64,000 bases of DNA from a virus (IMGVR_UViG_3300042549_003167), one strand, 5' to 3'; shown: positions 30,332 through 39,889, counted from the first letter of the stretch. Notes: generated by a model from the letters alone, not told the origin. Numbers and translations are program-made.

Positions 30332-31612
30332 TTATTTAAACCAAGAAGTGGATTGTGTAACTGGTTTAGATTTCACTGAACTCTTCTGGGCTTGTCTGGC
30401 AACTTCACCAAATAATTCATTAGACTTTTTGGTGATACCTGTCTTTTGAATAGTTGATAATGTAGGATCTTTCTCCATTATCTTCATTAGCAACGCAAGC
30501 TTTACTTTTGTTGCATGATTCTCAGGACGTTTCAGCTCCAGAATTGTACGATCAAAATCAGTGAGAGTCTCACCTGAATTTGTTTTGTACTTGTCTGTTA
30601 CTAGGAAATCTTGTAGTTCACCAGCTAATTTAGTGTTAATTGGTATGCCATCAAATTCTTTAGCTTTTATTTTCTCTTGTAAAACATTGTTTACATTTTG
30701 ATAATATTGCTGTTTGATAGCTTGTTGTTGTTGTAATTGGGCCTCTCTTTCTTGCTCCATTTGTTGGAGCTTTTGGCCTTCTTTCTTTATTAGGACTTTA
30801 TGGTGTTTCGTAGCAACACTTTCTAGGTCACCATAATTTTTTAATCTTTCAACTTCTGTTGTAACATCTTCAGGCTCAAATCCTTGATCAGTCAAAGCTT
30901 GTCTAATGACAGCTACTTGATTGTTCTCTTGAGTTAAGTCCATATCAGAGAAAGATTTGATTTGGTTAAATGCACCAAAGTAATCTTCAGGTTTTACACC
31001 TTTTACATATATGGCATCAAATGCTTTTTGATAATCTTCTCCAAACTGACCAATGAAATTATCTACAATTTCAATAGCTCCTTTCTTCTTCTCTGCTTGG
31101 AACTTTTCCAAGAAAGCTTCAGGAGTATCTATTGTAGCGTCTTCTTCATCTTCTTCTTTTGAAAATACACCTAGTTTGAAAAGATCTCTTGACAATGCAG
31201 TGAATTGACTTGTAGGAGTTTCTTCACCTTCTTCATTATCAGCATCTTTACTATCTTCTTGATTATCAGCGTTTTGTACAGCTTTCTTAGCTGGTGCAGC
31301 TGCTGGTTCATCATTTGTTTCTTCCTCGCTTTCTTCATCATCCTCACCATATAAGAAACTTTGAATATCCTTTGTAGGATTTTCATCTTTCTTTTCAGGT
31401 TCTGGTTCTGAAGCAGCTGGTTGTTTAGAAGTAGTTTTCTTTGTTGGAGCAGGAGCAGGTTCATTCTTAATGTCCTGAATATCATCAGGGCTAGAAGTTG
31501 CACTTTCAGGGGACAATAAGTCATTTAATAACTCTTGACTACCCATTCCCATGTCCATAGTATCTTGAATACTAAAGTTGCCCATTTGGGGCATATCTAG
31601 ATTTTCAGCCAT
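30332..31612 (-). CDS. Putative scaffolding protein (426 aa), acidic and low-complexity
   Basis: Highly acidic with disordered N-terminus (EDDEESEEETNDE). Central and C-terminal helical Q/E-rich region (QKLQQMEQEREAQLQQQQAIKQQ). Sits between the portal-side genes and the capsid gene. Confidence 0.5.
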   Translation of the reverse strand: MAENLDMPQMGNFSIQDTMDMGMGSQELLNDLLSPESATSSPDDIQDIKNEPAPAPTKKTTSKQPAASEPEPEKKDENPTKDIQSFLYGEDDEESEEETNDEPAAAPAKKAVQNADNQEDSKDADNEEGEETPTSQFTALSRDLFKLGVFSKEEDEEDATIDTPEAFLEKFQAEKKKGAIEIVDNFIGQFGEDYQKAFDAIYVKGVKPEDYFGAFNQIKSFSDMDLTQENNQVAVIRQALTDQGFEPEDVTTEVERLKNYGDLESVATKHHKVLIKKEGQKLQQMEQEREAQLQQQQAIKQQYYQNVNNVLQEKIKAKEFDGIPINTKLAGELQDFLVTDKYKTNSGETLTDFDRTILELKRPENHATKVKLALLMKIMEKDPTLSTIQKTGITKKSNELFGEVARQAQKSSVKSKPVTQSTSWFK

Positions 31613-31730
31613 ATGTAGTTGTATTTATTTGGTTTTCAATGTAAAAGTATATCAAGTTAAATTAACAGCAAAGAGACAAGGCTCTATATAGATCATTATT
31701 CAATATAATATAGCATTAATGTTTTTTACT

Positions 31731-32261
31731 CTAATCTAATTTGTTAGTAAAATTGTCATTTATAAGTCTAAAGCTTCTGATTGGAGCCAAGTCAGTAAGG
31801 GTAACTTGTTGAACCTCAACTCCCCACTTCCTAGCTTCCACCCTAACCTTCTTTGTCAAAGTGTTGTCAAGTTCTGAATCTGTACATTCATCCATTGTCA
31901 TAGACATAATGACATTTTTGATGATGCTTTGAGACATATCTGACAGAGCATCCTGGGCATCAAATACCTCAAGAAGAAATATCTTGACATCAGCTATCTT
32001 ATATTTAATGACTCCTTTCACTACAATGTTCTGCTTGTCTTTAGTATATAAAGATTGGGCATCTAAACTGAGAGTTGTGACAACCACATGTTGGTCAATC
32101 ACTTCATCAAATAGAGGCATCTTGAAATGTATTCCAGGTTTGAGTACTCTTTTAAAGATACCAAACCTGAGTAATACTGCTTCTTCATAGTCTCTAATAA
32201 TGATAGCTGGTGTGAGTTGTAACCACCAATTGGTGATTATCTCTATCAGTTTATCAAACAT
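31731..32261 (-). CDS. SPFH/band-7 (stomatin/prohibitin-like) domain protein (176 aa)
   Basis: Matches the SPFH core: EEAVLLRFGIFKRVLKPGIHFKMPLFDEV; LYTKDKQNIVVKGVIKYKIADV; WGVEVQQVTLTDLAP. Confidence 0.6.
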   Translation of the reverse strand: MFDKLIEIITNWWLQLTPAIIIRDYEEAVLLRFGIFKRVLKPGIHFKMPLFDEVIDQHVVVTTLSLDAQSLYTKDKQNIVVKGVIKYKIADVKIFLLEVFDAQDALSDMSQSIIKNVIMSMTMDECTDSELDNTLTKKVRVEARKWGVEVQQVTLTDLAPIRSFRLINDNFTNKLD

Positions 32262-32263
32262 AT

Positions 32264-34846
32264 TTATTTAGTTTTCTTAGCTCTGCCCTTGGCATTCTCC
32301 TTGGCCACAGCTAAATCATTTGCTTGGTTTTCTCTAGCTATCTTTAACTTCTCTCTTTCTATTTCTAGTTTTTGAGAAGCTAATTGATTTTTACTTTGTA
32401 CATCCATCATCTTAGCCTGATAGTCTCTTTCAGCTTTTGATTGAGCTAGGGCTAGTTTATCTATTTCTAAAACATCAGGGGTACCACTTGCGTCAATATC
32501 TGATAAAGGACCTGCTTTAGATTCAGCTGCAATAAGAGCAATCTCTTTCTTGTTGATTCTATCAAGCTCTGCTTGGTAGTTTTCATTAGCTATTTTCTCT
32601 TCAGATTGTTGTTGAGCTAATTGAATTTGAGCTTGAGCTTGTTGTTGTTGTTGCTCAAGTTCTTGTTGTTTTTGTTGTAACTGAGCATTCTGTAAAGCTT
32701 CTTGTCTATCTTTCAACTTCTTAAAGACTTGCTTCATTTGTCTCATTGAGTTAGTACTGTAAAGCTCAATCACATCATGTAAGCTACCACCATTTTGGAT
32801 GACAGCTTGAGATAATCCTCTAATCTCACTAAACATTTGTCTGTCTTCTGGTCTATTAGTTAAGAATACTTTAAGATCTCTGAAACGTAAATCTGTACCA
32901 TTTACAGAAACAAACGCAGATTCTCCTTCATTAGTAATATAAGAAATAGTAGATTGTGGTTTAGCACTTTCTATATATAAAGCTGCGTCAATAATTGCTT
33001 GATACAATTGACCTAGTACATATTCATGAGCTACAAATAAAGGTTCTGTCTGAGCGTAAGATTGTGTAATAGCTGCATTAGTACCTGTAGCTGATTCACT
33101 AGCTTGTACAGATCCAAGTCTTTGTCTTGACATACCAATTAATTCCCAGCACTCATTCTTTATTTGTTGTGCTAGAGTATATCTTGCTTGGATTTCCTGT
33201 GTACGTGTAAGGTCAAGACTTGTAAATTGGTTGAAGCTAGATGGACTCTTTAAGTTCTCAGGACTATCATCAACAAATACTACACCTCTATTACGTGCTT
33301 CCATTTCCCAGATATCTAATGCATCTTGAGCATCACCATCTTTAGGAATAGGAATATGTCTTATAGACATTAACTGCACCTTACCTACTTCTTTCTCTAA
33401 TAACTTATAAAGTTGATTCATACAAACATTATAAATTACTTGGAAAGGTTTCATCATATCCACTAAGCTCTTAGCTTCTGTGTTCTTAACTTCAAATGTT
33501 TGTCCAATGATTGGGCAATAAGGTAATAACTTATAAGGTTTAATATGATAGATGTCTGGACCAATCTTAATACCTTGGTACCATTGGTTAATCCATCCCC
33601 ACTCTAATGAAATTTGTGTAGGAATATTATTAGACTTATAGTCTTCATCAACTAACATAGACTGTTCGTTGCCCATCTCATCTGTATATATAACTTTACC
33701 AATCTTCTTTTTACTAATCCAATATGCTCTTACCACCACATACTTATAACCAAATGAGCTTACATTAGATGTAAGTCCTAAGAAGTCTTTAAGACCATCA
33801 TTGTTTTCTTTCATCTCAGACTCAATGATCATTCTAGTTTGTAGAACAAGAGGATCGTATGTATCATATTGAATAGAGTCATTACCTGGAACAGCATTAG
33901 GATTACCTAAGTTAGATTCACGTACATTGATTAATCCATAGTCTTGTAATGAACTACGTAAGTGATCAATCTCATCTTTAGTTAAGTCAGGAACTGATTC
34001 AATAATCTCAGATAGTTCTAATACCTGTACAGTACCAGCAGCATATGCTCCTTGATTTCTACCTGTAGGATCTGAAATATATTTTCTATCAGGAGTAGTT
34101 AAGAACCAAGTATTTTTAGGGTTAGCTACCTCAATGTTAAAACCAGTTTTAGAATTGTCTTCGTATACATGGAAGAACTCTCTAGAAGAAATTAAAAGAT
34201 CTCTAAATGCATCTTCAGATTTCTCCTTTAATACAAACTCAGCTTTCTCAGCAGTCAATACATGGTTTGCCCATTTCTCTGCTACAGATGTATAATTGTC
34301 AAGTTCATCTTTTACTTGTTGTAATGTTTTCTCTTGTAACTCTTCATCTGTAATCTCCACTCCATCAAATGAAGCTTTTTCTAATATCTTTCTTTGTGCT
34401 TGAGAAACAACATAGTCTTGTAATAGTTGAGTTTTAAACTCTAACTCTTCAGACTTACTATCATCATCAAATGCTTTGACACGAAATGCATCAGGTCTTT
34501 TACTGATCTCTCCCACTAATTCATTAATAGGAGTGGTCATTATAGAATAATGTTTTACATAAGCAGGAAGTTCAAGGTCTGCTGTAAGCACATCTGTAAA
34601 GCTTCTTACTTCTGGTTCTACAAAGAAATCTTCTCTTCTTAAAATACCCTTTACAAGATCATAGTTCTTTACAAATGTATCTCTAGCTTTAACATATTCA
34701 GCATATGCCTTATTGGCAAAGTAATCCATTGAATTCTTTATCCAGCTCTCATCCATCTTTTCCTTCTCAGTTTTAAACTGATCAGGGAAGATATTTAGAT
34801 AAGCATATCTTATAGTTGCGTCTTTCGTGTATCTTATAATTGCCAT
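32264..34846 (-). CDS. Putative portal protein (860 aa)
   Basis: Large ORF immediately downstream of the terminase large subunit and upstream of the scaffold/capsid genes. C-terminal Q-rich coiled coil. Positional call. Confidence 0.55.
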   Translation of the reverse strand: MAIIRYTKDATIRYAYLNIFPDQFKTEKEKMDESWIKNSMDYFANKAYAEYVKARDTFVKNYDLVKGILRREDFFVEPEVRSFTDVLTADLELPAYVKHYSIMTTPINELVGEISKRPDAFRVKAFDDDSKSEELEFKTQLLQDYVVSQAQRKILEKASFDGVEITDEELQEKTLQQVKDELDNYTSVAEKWANHVLTAEKAEFVLKEKSEDAFRDLLISSREFFHVYEDNSKTGFNIEVANPKNTWFLTTPDRKYISDPTGRNQGAYAAGTVQVLELSEIIESVPDLTKDEIDHLRSSLQDYGLINVRESNLGNPNAVPGNDSIQYDTYDPLVLQTRMIIESEMKENNDGLKDFLGLTSNVSSFGYKYVVVRAYWISKKKIGKVIYTDEMGNEQSMLVDEDYKSNNIPTQISLEWGWINQWYQGIKIGPDIYHIKPYKLLPYCPIIGQTFEVKNTEAKSLVDMMKPFQVIYNVCMNQLYKLLEKEVGKVQLMSIRHIPIPKDGDAQDALDIWEMEARNRGVVFVDDSPENLKSPSSFNQFTSLDLTRTQEIQARYTLAQQIKNECWELIGMSRQRLGSVQASESATGTNAAITQSYAQTEPLFVAHEYVLGQLYQAIIDAALYIESAKPQSTISYITNEGESAFVSVNGTDLRFRDLKVFLTNRPEDRQMFSEIRGLSQAVIQNGGSLHDVIELYSTNSMRQMKQVFKKLKDRQEALQNAQLQQKQQELEQQQQQAQAQIQLAQQQSEEKIANENYQAELDRINKKEIALIAAESKAGPLSDIDASGTPDVLEIDKLALAQSKAERDYQAKMMDVQSKNQLASQKLEIEREKLKIARENQANDLAVAKENAKGRAKKTK

Positions 34847-36885
34847 TATGAAAACAATTTATTGCGTTTATATTTATTTTTTGTTTGTCCAAACATATTA
34901 TTCCTAGAGTCAGTGAAGAGTATGTTTCCTTTCCTCTTCTTAAACATAGAAGCAACTCTCTCATCTGATGTTCCACCTATCCTACCCATAATTGGGTCCA
35001 TCTTTAAAGCTTGTGCTATGGCTAACTCTGCAGCTACAATTCTATCGAAGTTACCTGAATCATTGTATTGAATGATTTCTTCAAGTAATACAGGATCAAA
35101 TATCTTACTTACACCTAGCACTTCTCTTATCACTTCACCTGCTTCATTTGTTTCTTTAAAGATTGCAGCTTCCATATACTTCTTTAAACAAGTGTGAAGG
35201 TAGTCAATTATCTTTGCAGCTGAACGATGTATACCAAAGTCTCTTTTTACAGTGGTGTTTGGTACAATCTCTTTTAACCATTCAGGTTGTTTTTCTAGAT
35301 AATGAGCATCTCCTTTACTCTTCATATATTCAATAAAGGATATATCATCATTCTCACAAAGAGCTCGTGCATTATAATACTTTATAAGAAGTCTAGCTTG
35401 TTCTTCCCAAGTTTCTTTCTTATCAGGTCTAGCACAATACGAAGCTACGAACATATCTTGATATTTCTCACCACTAATTTCATGCATCCTTTTATATATG
35501 TATACAGATCCAAGTGAAGTTGAATATGCAGACTTACCTTGTCTATATGGATCGACTCCTGCTACATACAATCCATAAGGTGGATTATCTATAGGGAATT
35601 CATATATAACTATAGGTGCTTCTTTTAGGTCTGAGTTCTTTAGAGGGAAGTTAGAGATGGGTAGTTTATCTGTAAACTCATGAGCTATCTTCTCTCCATC
35701 ATTAAACAATACAACAGGAGTTCCTGTTCTTTCTTGTTGTAACAATCTAGCTTTCTGTCTCTTAGCACTCTCAATATCAAATATATTTGTATCCTCATTC
35801 AAGAAGATATCATCCACTTCCTGAGGATAGTACATCTTTTCTTTTAGATAGGCTATACGATCACCAGCTTTCTTAAGTCTTTCTAAATCTCTATTAGTAA
35901 TTTCTGTAGCCTTATTCTCATCACTTACAAGCATCTTAACGTTATGTAAGTCTGATTTAGATGGCTCATTTAAATATGCTCCTAGTGTAGATTCATCTTT
36001 AGCCTCCATCCTATACTTATGTGAGATGAACAAACCATGTATACGTTTATCATCTTTAGCATTGTTATATGTAAGGAAGTTAAAGTTATCTACGTCAAAC
36101 ATCAAGCTTTTAGCATCCATGAATTTCTTCATGTCACCACCAGTCCCAGTAAGAATGGGGCTACATCCCCAGCCATAGGGTGTAGTGAAACCAGGAATAG
36201 CTGCCTGTAAGCCTCGAAGGAAATTTCCTTTACCAATCTCATCTATAATTAATTTACGTGGTTTTGTACCTGCAATAGCCTCTTCATTATTACCTTCATC
36301 AAGGTTACGTATTAGAATGGAAGAGAATGGGATACGTTCACCAGACTTGGTCTTTATACCTAGAGTCACTTGGTTCTTCCAGTTATCCTCAATTCTCTGC
36401 CATCTCCAATACTCAGGAATGAAATTCAATCCTTTGTCAATCTTATCAGTAATCAGTTTAATATCTGGGGCATTTAAGCCTGCTATGATATTCTGACTGT
36501 TTTCATCAAAGGTTGCACCCCATGCAATATAGGATGCTTCAAGAACAGACTTGGCAAAACGTCTAATACCTAGAATGACTAAGCCCCTCTTTTCTTGTTG
36601 AGCTCTGTCAATTTCGTTCGTCACAAGCCATTCATTATCTCTCAATAGGGGATTAGCATATTTCTGTGCAATCCTCCCATAATCATCTATTATATCTACT
36701 TCTGTATGCCATATGTTAAGGTGCCAATATAAAAATGGGTTGATATATGTACCACCCATCATAGCTCCATTTAAACATAACTCTCTGTGAAAGTCAAAGA
36801 ATGGCTTACACTCCTGAGAGTCTTTATCAGGAATACGCTTCTGATTTATAAACCAGTCTTTGTAGTCTATACTTTGTAGTTCCAT
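34846..36885 (-). CDS. terL: Terminase large subunit (679 aa)
   Basis: Walker A-like LGIRRFAKS (cf. T4 gp17 RQLGKT). Walker B with catalytic Glu at KLIIDEIG. C-terminal acidic nuclease-like region (VAGVDPY). Confidence 0.7.
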   Translation of the reverse strand: MELQSIDYKDWFINQKRIPDKDSQECKPFFDFHRELCLNGAMMGGTYINPFLYWHLNIWHTEVDIIDDYGRIAQKYANPLLRDNEWLVTNEIDRAQQEKRGLVILGIRRFAKSVLEASYIAWGATFDENSQNIIAGLNAPDIKLITDKIDKGLNFIPEYWRWQRIEDNWKNQVTLGIKTKSGERIPFSSILIRNLDEGNNEEAIAGTKPRKLIIDEIGKGNFLRGLQAAIPGFTTPYGWGCSPILTGTGGDMKKFMDAKSLMFDVDNFNFLTYNNAKDDKRIHGLFISHKYRMEAKDESTLGAYLNEPSKSDLHNVKMLVSDENKATEITNRDLERLKKAGDRIAYLKEKMYYPQEVDDIFLNEDTNIFDIESAKRQKARLLQQERTGTPVVLFNDGEKIAHEFTDKLPISNFPLKNSDLKEAPIVIYEFPIDNPPYGLYVAGVDPYRQGKSAYSTSLGSVYIYKRMHEISGEKYQDMFVASYCARPDKKETWEEQARLLIKYYNARALCENDDISFIEYMKSKGDAHYLEKQPEWLKEIVPNTTVKRDFGIHRSAAKIIDYLHTCLKKYMEAAIFKETNEAGEVIREVLGVSKIFDPVLLEEIIQYNDSGNFDRIVAAELAIAQALKMDPIMGRIGGTSDERVASMFKKRKGNILFTDSRNNMFGQTKNKYKRNKLFS

Positions 36886-37217
36886 TATTTTCTATTTGCT
36901 AAGAACTCAGCAGCAGCTCCTGATAACTCACCTTTACCTCTCACTTCCACCTTTGCTTCTTCCATACTTCTTAGCTTGTCAACCACCTCTATTAATGCTA
37001 AATAGTTTTTCATTGTCTCTTGGACAAATTTACCTTGAGCTTCAATACTAGCAATTACCATTGGTAACATGCCACCTTTAGCTGTAGGTTTCCACTCAAT
37101 TCTATCCTTTAGTTCATGTAGTGGATTAGCATTTACATAAGCTTTCCATGAAACGAGTTGTGACTCAGCCCATTCAAGCTCTGTATTTACATATGTAGTT
37201 TTCTTAATAGTCGCCAT
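36885..37217 (-). CDS. Hypothetical protein (110 aa); positional candidate for the small terminase subunit
   Basis: Its stop overlaps the terL start codon. No motif. Confidence 0.25.
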   Translation of the reverse strand: MATIKKTTYVNTELEWAESQLVSWKAYVNANPLHELKDRIEWKPTAKGGMLPMVIASIEAQGKFVQETMKNYLALIEVVDKLRSMEEAKVEVRGKGELSGAAAEFLANRK

Positions 37218-37488
37218 CTTCTTCCTCCTCCTTGAGGATGTTATCGAGGTCCATGCCCTCTTTGATTATTTTTTCTAGTTCAGATTCATCTGTATGTGGA
37301 ACATCCATTTCTATTTCAGACTTATATTTGCTAAGAGCAAATGCAAGTTCTTTATCTGTTAGTCCCCAAATATCACCATAATCTGCAAGAGCTGTAGCTA
37401 GGTGTCTTCCAATGTTATACGTTGGAAAGTCCTTATGTAGTTCTTGTAATATATCAATCACTTCTGTATAGTGAGTCTTTTTACTCAT
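37204..37488 (-). CDS. Hypothetical acidic protein (94 aa)
   Basis: ORF only. Confidence 0.3.
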   Translation of the reverse strand: MSKKTHYTEVIDILQELHKDFPTYNIGRHLATALADYGDIWGLTDKELAFALSKYKSEIEMDVPHTDESELEKIIKEGMDLDNILKEEEEDGDY

Positions 37489-37493
37489 TAGTC

Positions 37494-37748
37494 TTATATT
37501 AATTCATTTAAATCATCATCTGTTAACTTCTCAGTTCTGATCTCCACTTCTAGATCAACACCTTCAAAGTTCTTTCTTCCCTGATCTGTCATATATTCTC
37601 CAGTGAAGGCTATGCCCATTCTATCAAACTCTTTGCCAGGAACTCCCACTACATCAATGTAATCTATACCCTTGTTATATAGGTCAACAAGTGTATCAAT
37701 TAACTTGTCCAGTGGAATCTTCTCTATTTTTACTTCCCTCTTTGCCAT
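37494..37748 (-). CDS. Hypothetical protein (84 aa)
   Basis: ORF only. Confidence 0.3.
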   Translation of the reverse strand: MAKREVKIEKIPLDKLIDTLVDLYNKGIDYIDVVGVPGKEFDRMGIAFTGEYMTDQGRKNFEGVDLEVEIRTEKLTDDDLNELI

Positions 37749-38043
37749 ATATTGTTTCTATTAATTGATTTTCATCATCCCTAGATTCTATTTCTGCAAC
37801 CCATTTTTCTATGGGACAAGCACAAGACAAACACTTAGTTTTGGCTGAGAGAACACATCCACAATGTGTACAATGTTTATCAAACCTACGAGGTTTCTTA
37901 GGCTTGTTTTCAGAGCACCATTCACATGCATCACAGATAGCCATACGTTCTTGACTCACCTGTCTTATATGTTCCTTCATGTCGTCTGCTGGAAAGAGGT
38001 TATTCTTCCACCCCTCGTAAATCTGAGAGAAGTTGATCTTCAT
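37696..38043 (-). CDS. Cys-rich zinc-ribbon protein (115 aa)
   Basis: CDACEWC...CTHCGC...CLSCAC gives three CxxC/CxC pairs. It overlaps the next ORF by 53 nt, so the 3' end is uncertain. Confidence 0.35.
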   Translation of the reverse strand: MKINFSQIYEGWKNNLFPADDMKEHIRQVSQERMAICDACEWCSENKPKKPRRFDKHCTHCGCVLSAKTKCLSCACPIEKWVAEIESRDDENQLIETIYGKEGSKNREDSTGQVN

Positions 38044-38386
38044 AGATAGTTTTTGTTTTTAACAAATTGATCAGAGCTTCTGTTTTTTCTAGTGTCACTT
38101 GAGACGAACGTCTCTTTTGTTCAGATGTCGTTTCATCTGATATTATCTTTTCCATTGCCTGCTTCTTAGCATTCAATTGTCCAAGTCGTTTTGTAGCCTT
38201 CTTTTCATTGAAATAGAACTTACCAAAGCCAGATATCTCTAGGCTATTGTTAAGATCCATCGCTTCGTTTGCAGACTGAAACTGGTGGTTTATTACAGTC
38301 TCAATTGTCTTCTCACTTGTCAACATCTTCACTGCCAGAGTTCTAATTAGGTAGTCTTTGACAGACATGCTTATAGGCTTATCCAT
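38000..38386 (-). CDS. HU/IHF-family DNA-binding protein homologue (128 aa)
   Basis: SVKDYLIRTLAVKMLTSEKTIETVINHQFQ...ISGFGKFYFNEKKATKRLGQ resembles the HU fold signature ([20 protein letters not shown]). Confidence 0.45.
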   Translation of the reverse strand: MDKPISMSVKDYLIRTLAVKMLTSEKTIETVINHQFQSANEAMDLNNSLEISGFGKFYFNEKKATKRLGQLNAKKQAMEKIISDETTSEQKRRSSQVTLEKTEALINLLKTKTIYEDQLLSDLRGVEE

Positions 38387-38738
38387 GTATTAGACTTATT
38401 TGCAATATGATGTCCTTCTCGAAGTTCAGCAGAATAAGAGGATTGACCTTCACCTTTGTCCCATCCTTTACAAACACCCCCATCTTCTTCAGCTTACTAA
38501 TGATGTTATTAATAGCAGCAGATGTGCTGTCATATGTCTGGCAAAACTCCTGTCTAATATTAGCATAGGAGATGTTACCCTTTATAGCAGCAAACGCAAT
38601 TAATTGCACTTCCCTATTGGTCAGCTTAAGGTCATTGATGGCTGACAATATTCTATAATACTTCTCAGCCAAGGCAATATCATCCTTCACTGATTTTTTC
38701 AGTCGCTGTACAATGGGAGATTTTGGTTTGGTTTCCAT
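38379..38738 (-). CDS. HTH DNA-binding protein (119 aa), LuxR/sigma-70 region-4-like
   Basis: LTNREVQLIAFAAIKGNISYANIRQEF...AINNIISKLKKMGV fits the LuxR-type HTH pattern. Confidence 0.4.
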   Translation of the reverse strand: METKPKSPIVQRLKKSVKDDIALAEKYYRILSAINDLKLTNREVQLIAFAAIKGNISYANIRQEFCQTYDSTSAAINNIISKLKKMGVFVKDGTKVKVNPLILLNFEKDIILQISLIHG

Positions 38739-38816
38739 AATTAGTTAACACAAAGGTATGTATATTCCATTGATTGTCAAATAACTATTTTAGTTATTAT
38801 AAAAGTTAATGCTATA

Positions 38817-39062
38817 TTATGCACCAAATCTCCTGAACAGGAAAATAACACTGAATATAAGCAAGCCTATTCTAAGCTCTTGCTCTAGTCCACCATCGTC
38901 TGTAACGTAGTTTCTATTAGATATTCCTAGTTCAAAACTATTGTAATCCTTAGGGAGAAACTCTATACCAAATTCCCATTCTTCAAAATTGGCAAACCCC
39001 CATATCACTACAGCTATCATAAGGACAGCCACTATTGTTAACAACACATTTAATACTACCAT
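38817..39062 (-). CDS. Small membrane protein (81 aa); first gene of the minus-strand block
   Basis: Hydrophobic N-terminal segment VVLNVLLTIVAVLMIAVVIWGF. Confidence 0.3.
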   Translation of the reverse strand: MVVLNVLLTIVAVLMIAVVIWGFANFEEWEFGIEFLPKDYNSFELGISNRNYVTDDGGLEQELRIGLLIFSVIFLFRRFGA

Positions 39063-39475
39063 ATATCTAAGCTTTGTTTAATGAGGAGGTATTAGCAGGG
39101 CCCCCCCTAAATCCCCCCCAAAGATACTGCTAAATAAATTTACCAGCCAAATTTATTTTTAATGGGTTATAAAAAGGACAACCTATAAGTTGACATGTCC
39201 CTTATAAGACACATTAAGTAAAGCTATAGCTTGACTAAACATCCCCCACAGTCAAGCTATCCCTTGACAATCCCCCTGCATGAAACTTTGGAAAAATTCA
39301 TGCAAACGTTCCATATGGAACTATCCCCTGCTTAGGCAACAAAATTTTCTATGGCCCCCACCCCCCTTTGTATGTATGGGAGGGTAGCCTTCTCCATATC
39401 ACAACCCCCCCTACAAATTGGGGGATCGACACATCCCCCCATCATTAATCATTTCACAATTTAAAACGAAAACAG
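39063..39475. promoter_or_regulatory. Divergent control region between the structural and replication blocks, with an ATCCCCC/C-tract array, palindromic operator-like sites and TTGAC-like boxes
   Basis: Nine C4-C7 runs between 39101 and 39440, in an otherwise AT-rich genome. Inverted repeat TGCATGAA-N12-TTCATGCA (39277..39304). Perfect 14-bp palindrome GTTCCATATGGAAC (39308..39321). Inverted repeat GTCAAG-N6-CTTGAC (39251..39268). Confidence 0.6.
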
Positions 39476-39889
39476 ATGCAAAAAAACATCTCAATGACAG
39501 ACATTACCTCAGGTACTTGGTCTGCAGCAGGCAACTTCACAGGTAAGGACATTACAGGTGAGCGAATCTTTATTGGCAAAGACCTAATGGCATCATTAGG
39601 CTACAGTGCAGGTGACGTAGCTTCAGGCTTCTCTTGTGCTTACAGAACTAATTTGATTGGCCAACTTGATGAGAAAGGCAATCCAAAGGTTGACACAACT
39701 ACAGGCGAACCTATTAAGGTGGCTCGTGTTGAAGCAACTGCATTGTTTGAATCAACAGATGCAATGCACGAAGCGTTTGCGTCTCGTGAGAGTCATTCAT
39801 TCAAAGTACAAGCAAAGGTACAAGCTTCAGCTAAGTCTGCAGGCTTAACAGAATCTGCAATCAACAACTTGTTGAGCGTAGCATTCTAA
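39476..39889 (+). CDS. Hypothetical early protein (137 aa)
   Basis: First ORF of the plus-strand block. Confidence 0.4.
   Translation: MQKNISMTDITSGTWSAAGNFTGKDITGERIFIGKDLMASLGYSAGDVASGFSCAYRTNLIGQLDEKGNPKVDTTTGEPIKVARVEATALFESTDAMHEAFASRESHSFKVQAKVQASAKSAGLTESAINNLLSVAF

Noticed and set aside
34782-34976. 64-aa ORF straddling the portal/terL junction (minus strand), and similar short antisense ORFs (e.g. 2615..2806, 5637..5828, 6000..6263, 35302..35517, 36185..36496, 44238..44567, 56025..56301, 58063..58398)
   Set aside because: They lie entirely within, or antisense to, long well-supported genes and have low-complexity or hydrophobic nonsense composition. They are treated as frame shadows.
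38817-39062. Calling the 81-aa membrane protein (or the 72-aa two-TM protein at 40563..40781) a holin, and searching for an endolysin
   Set aside because: No lysozyme, amidase or peptidase motifs were recognisable anywhere in the window. Small TM proteins alone are insufficient, so no lysis cassette is claimed.
39101-39440. The C-tract repeats considered as a CRISPR array or a tRNA/ncRNA cluster
   Set aside because: The repeats are short (5-9 nt), irregularly spaced and not separated by unique spacers of constant length. No tRNA cloverleaf signatures (GTTCRANYC, anticodon-arm pattern) were found.
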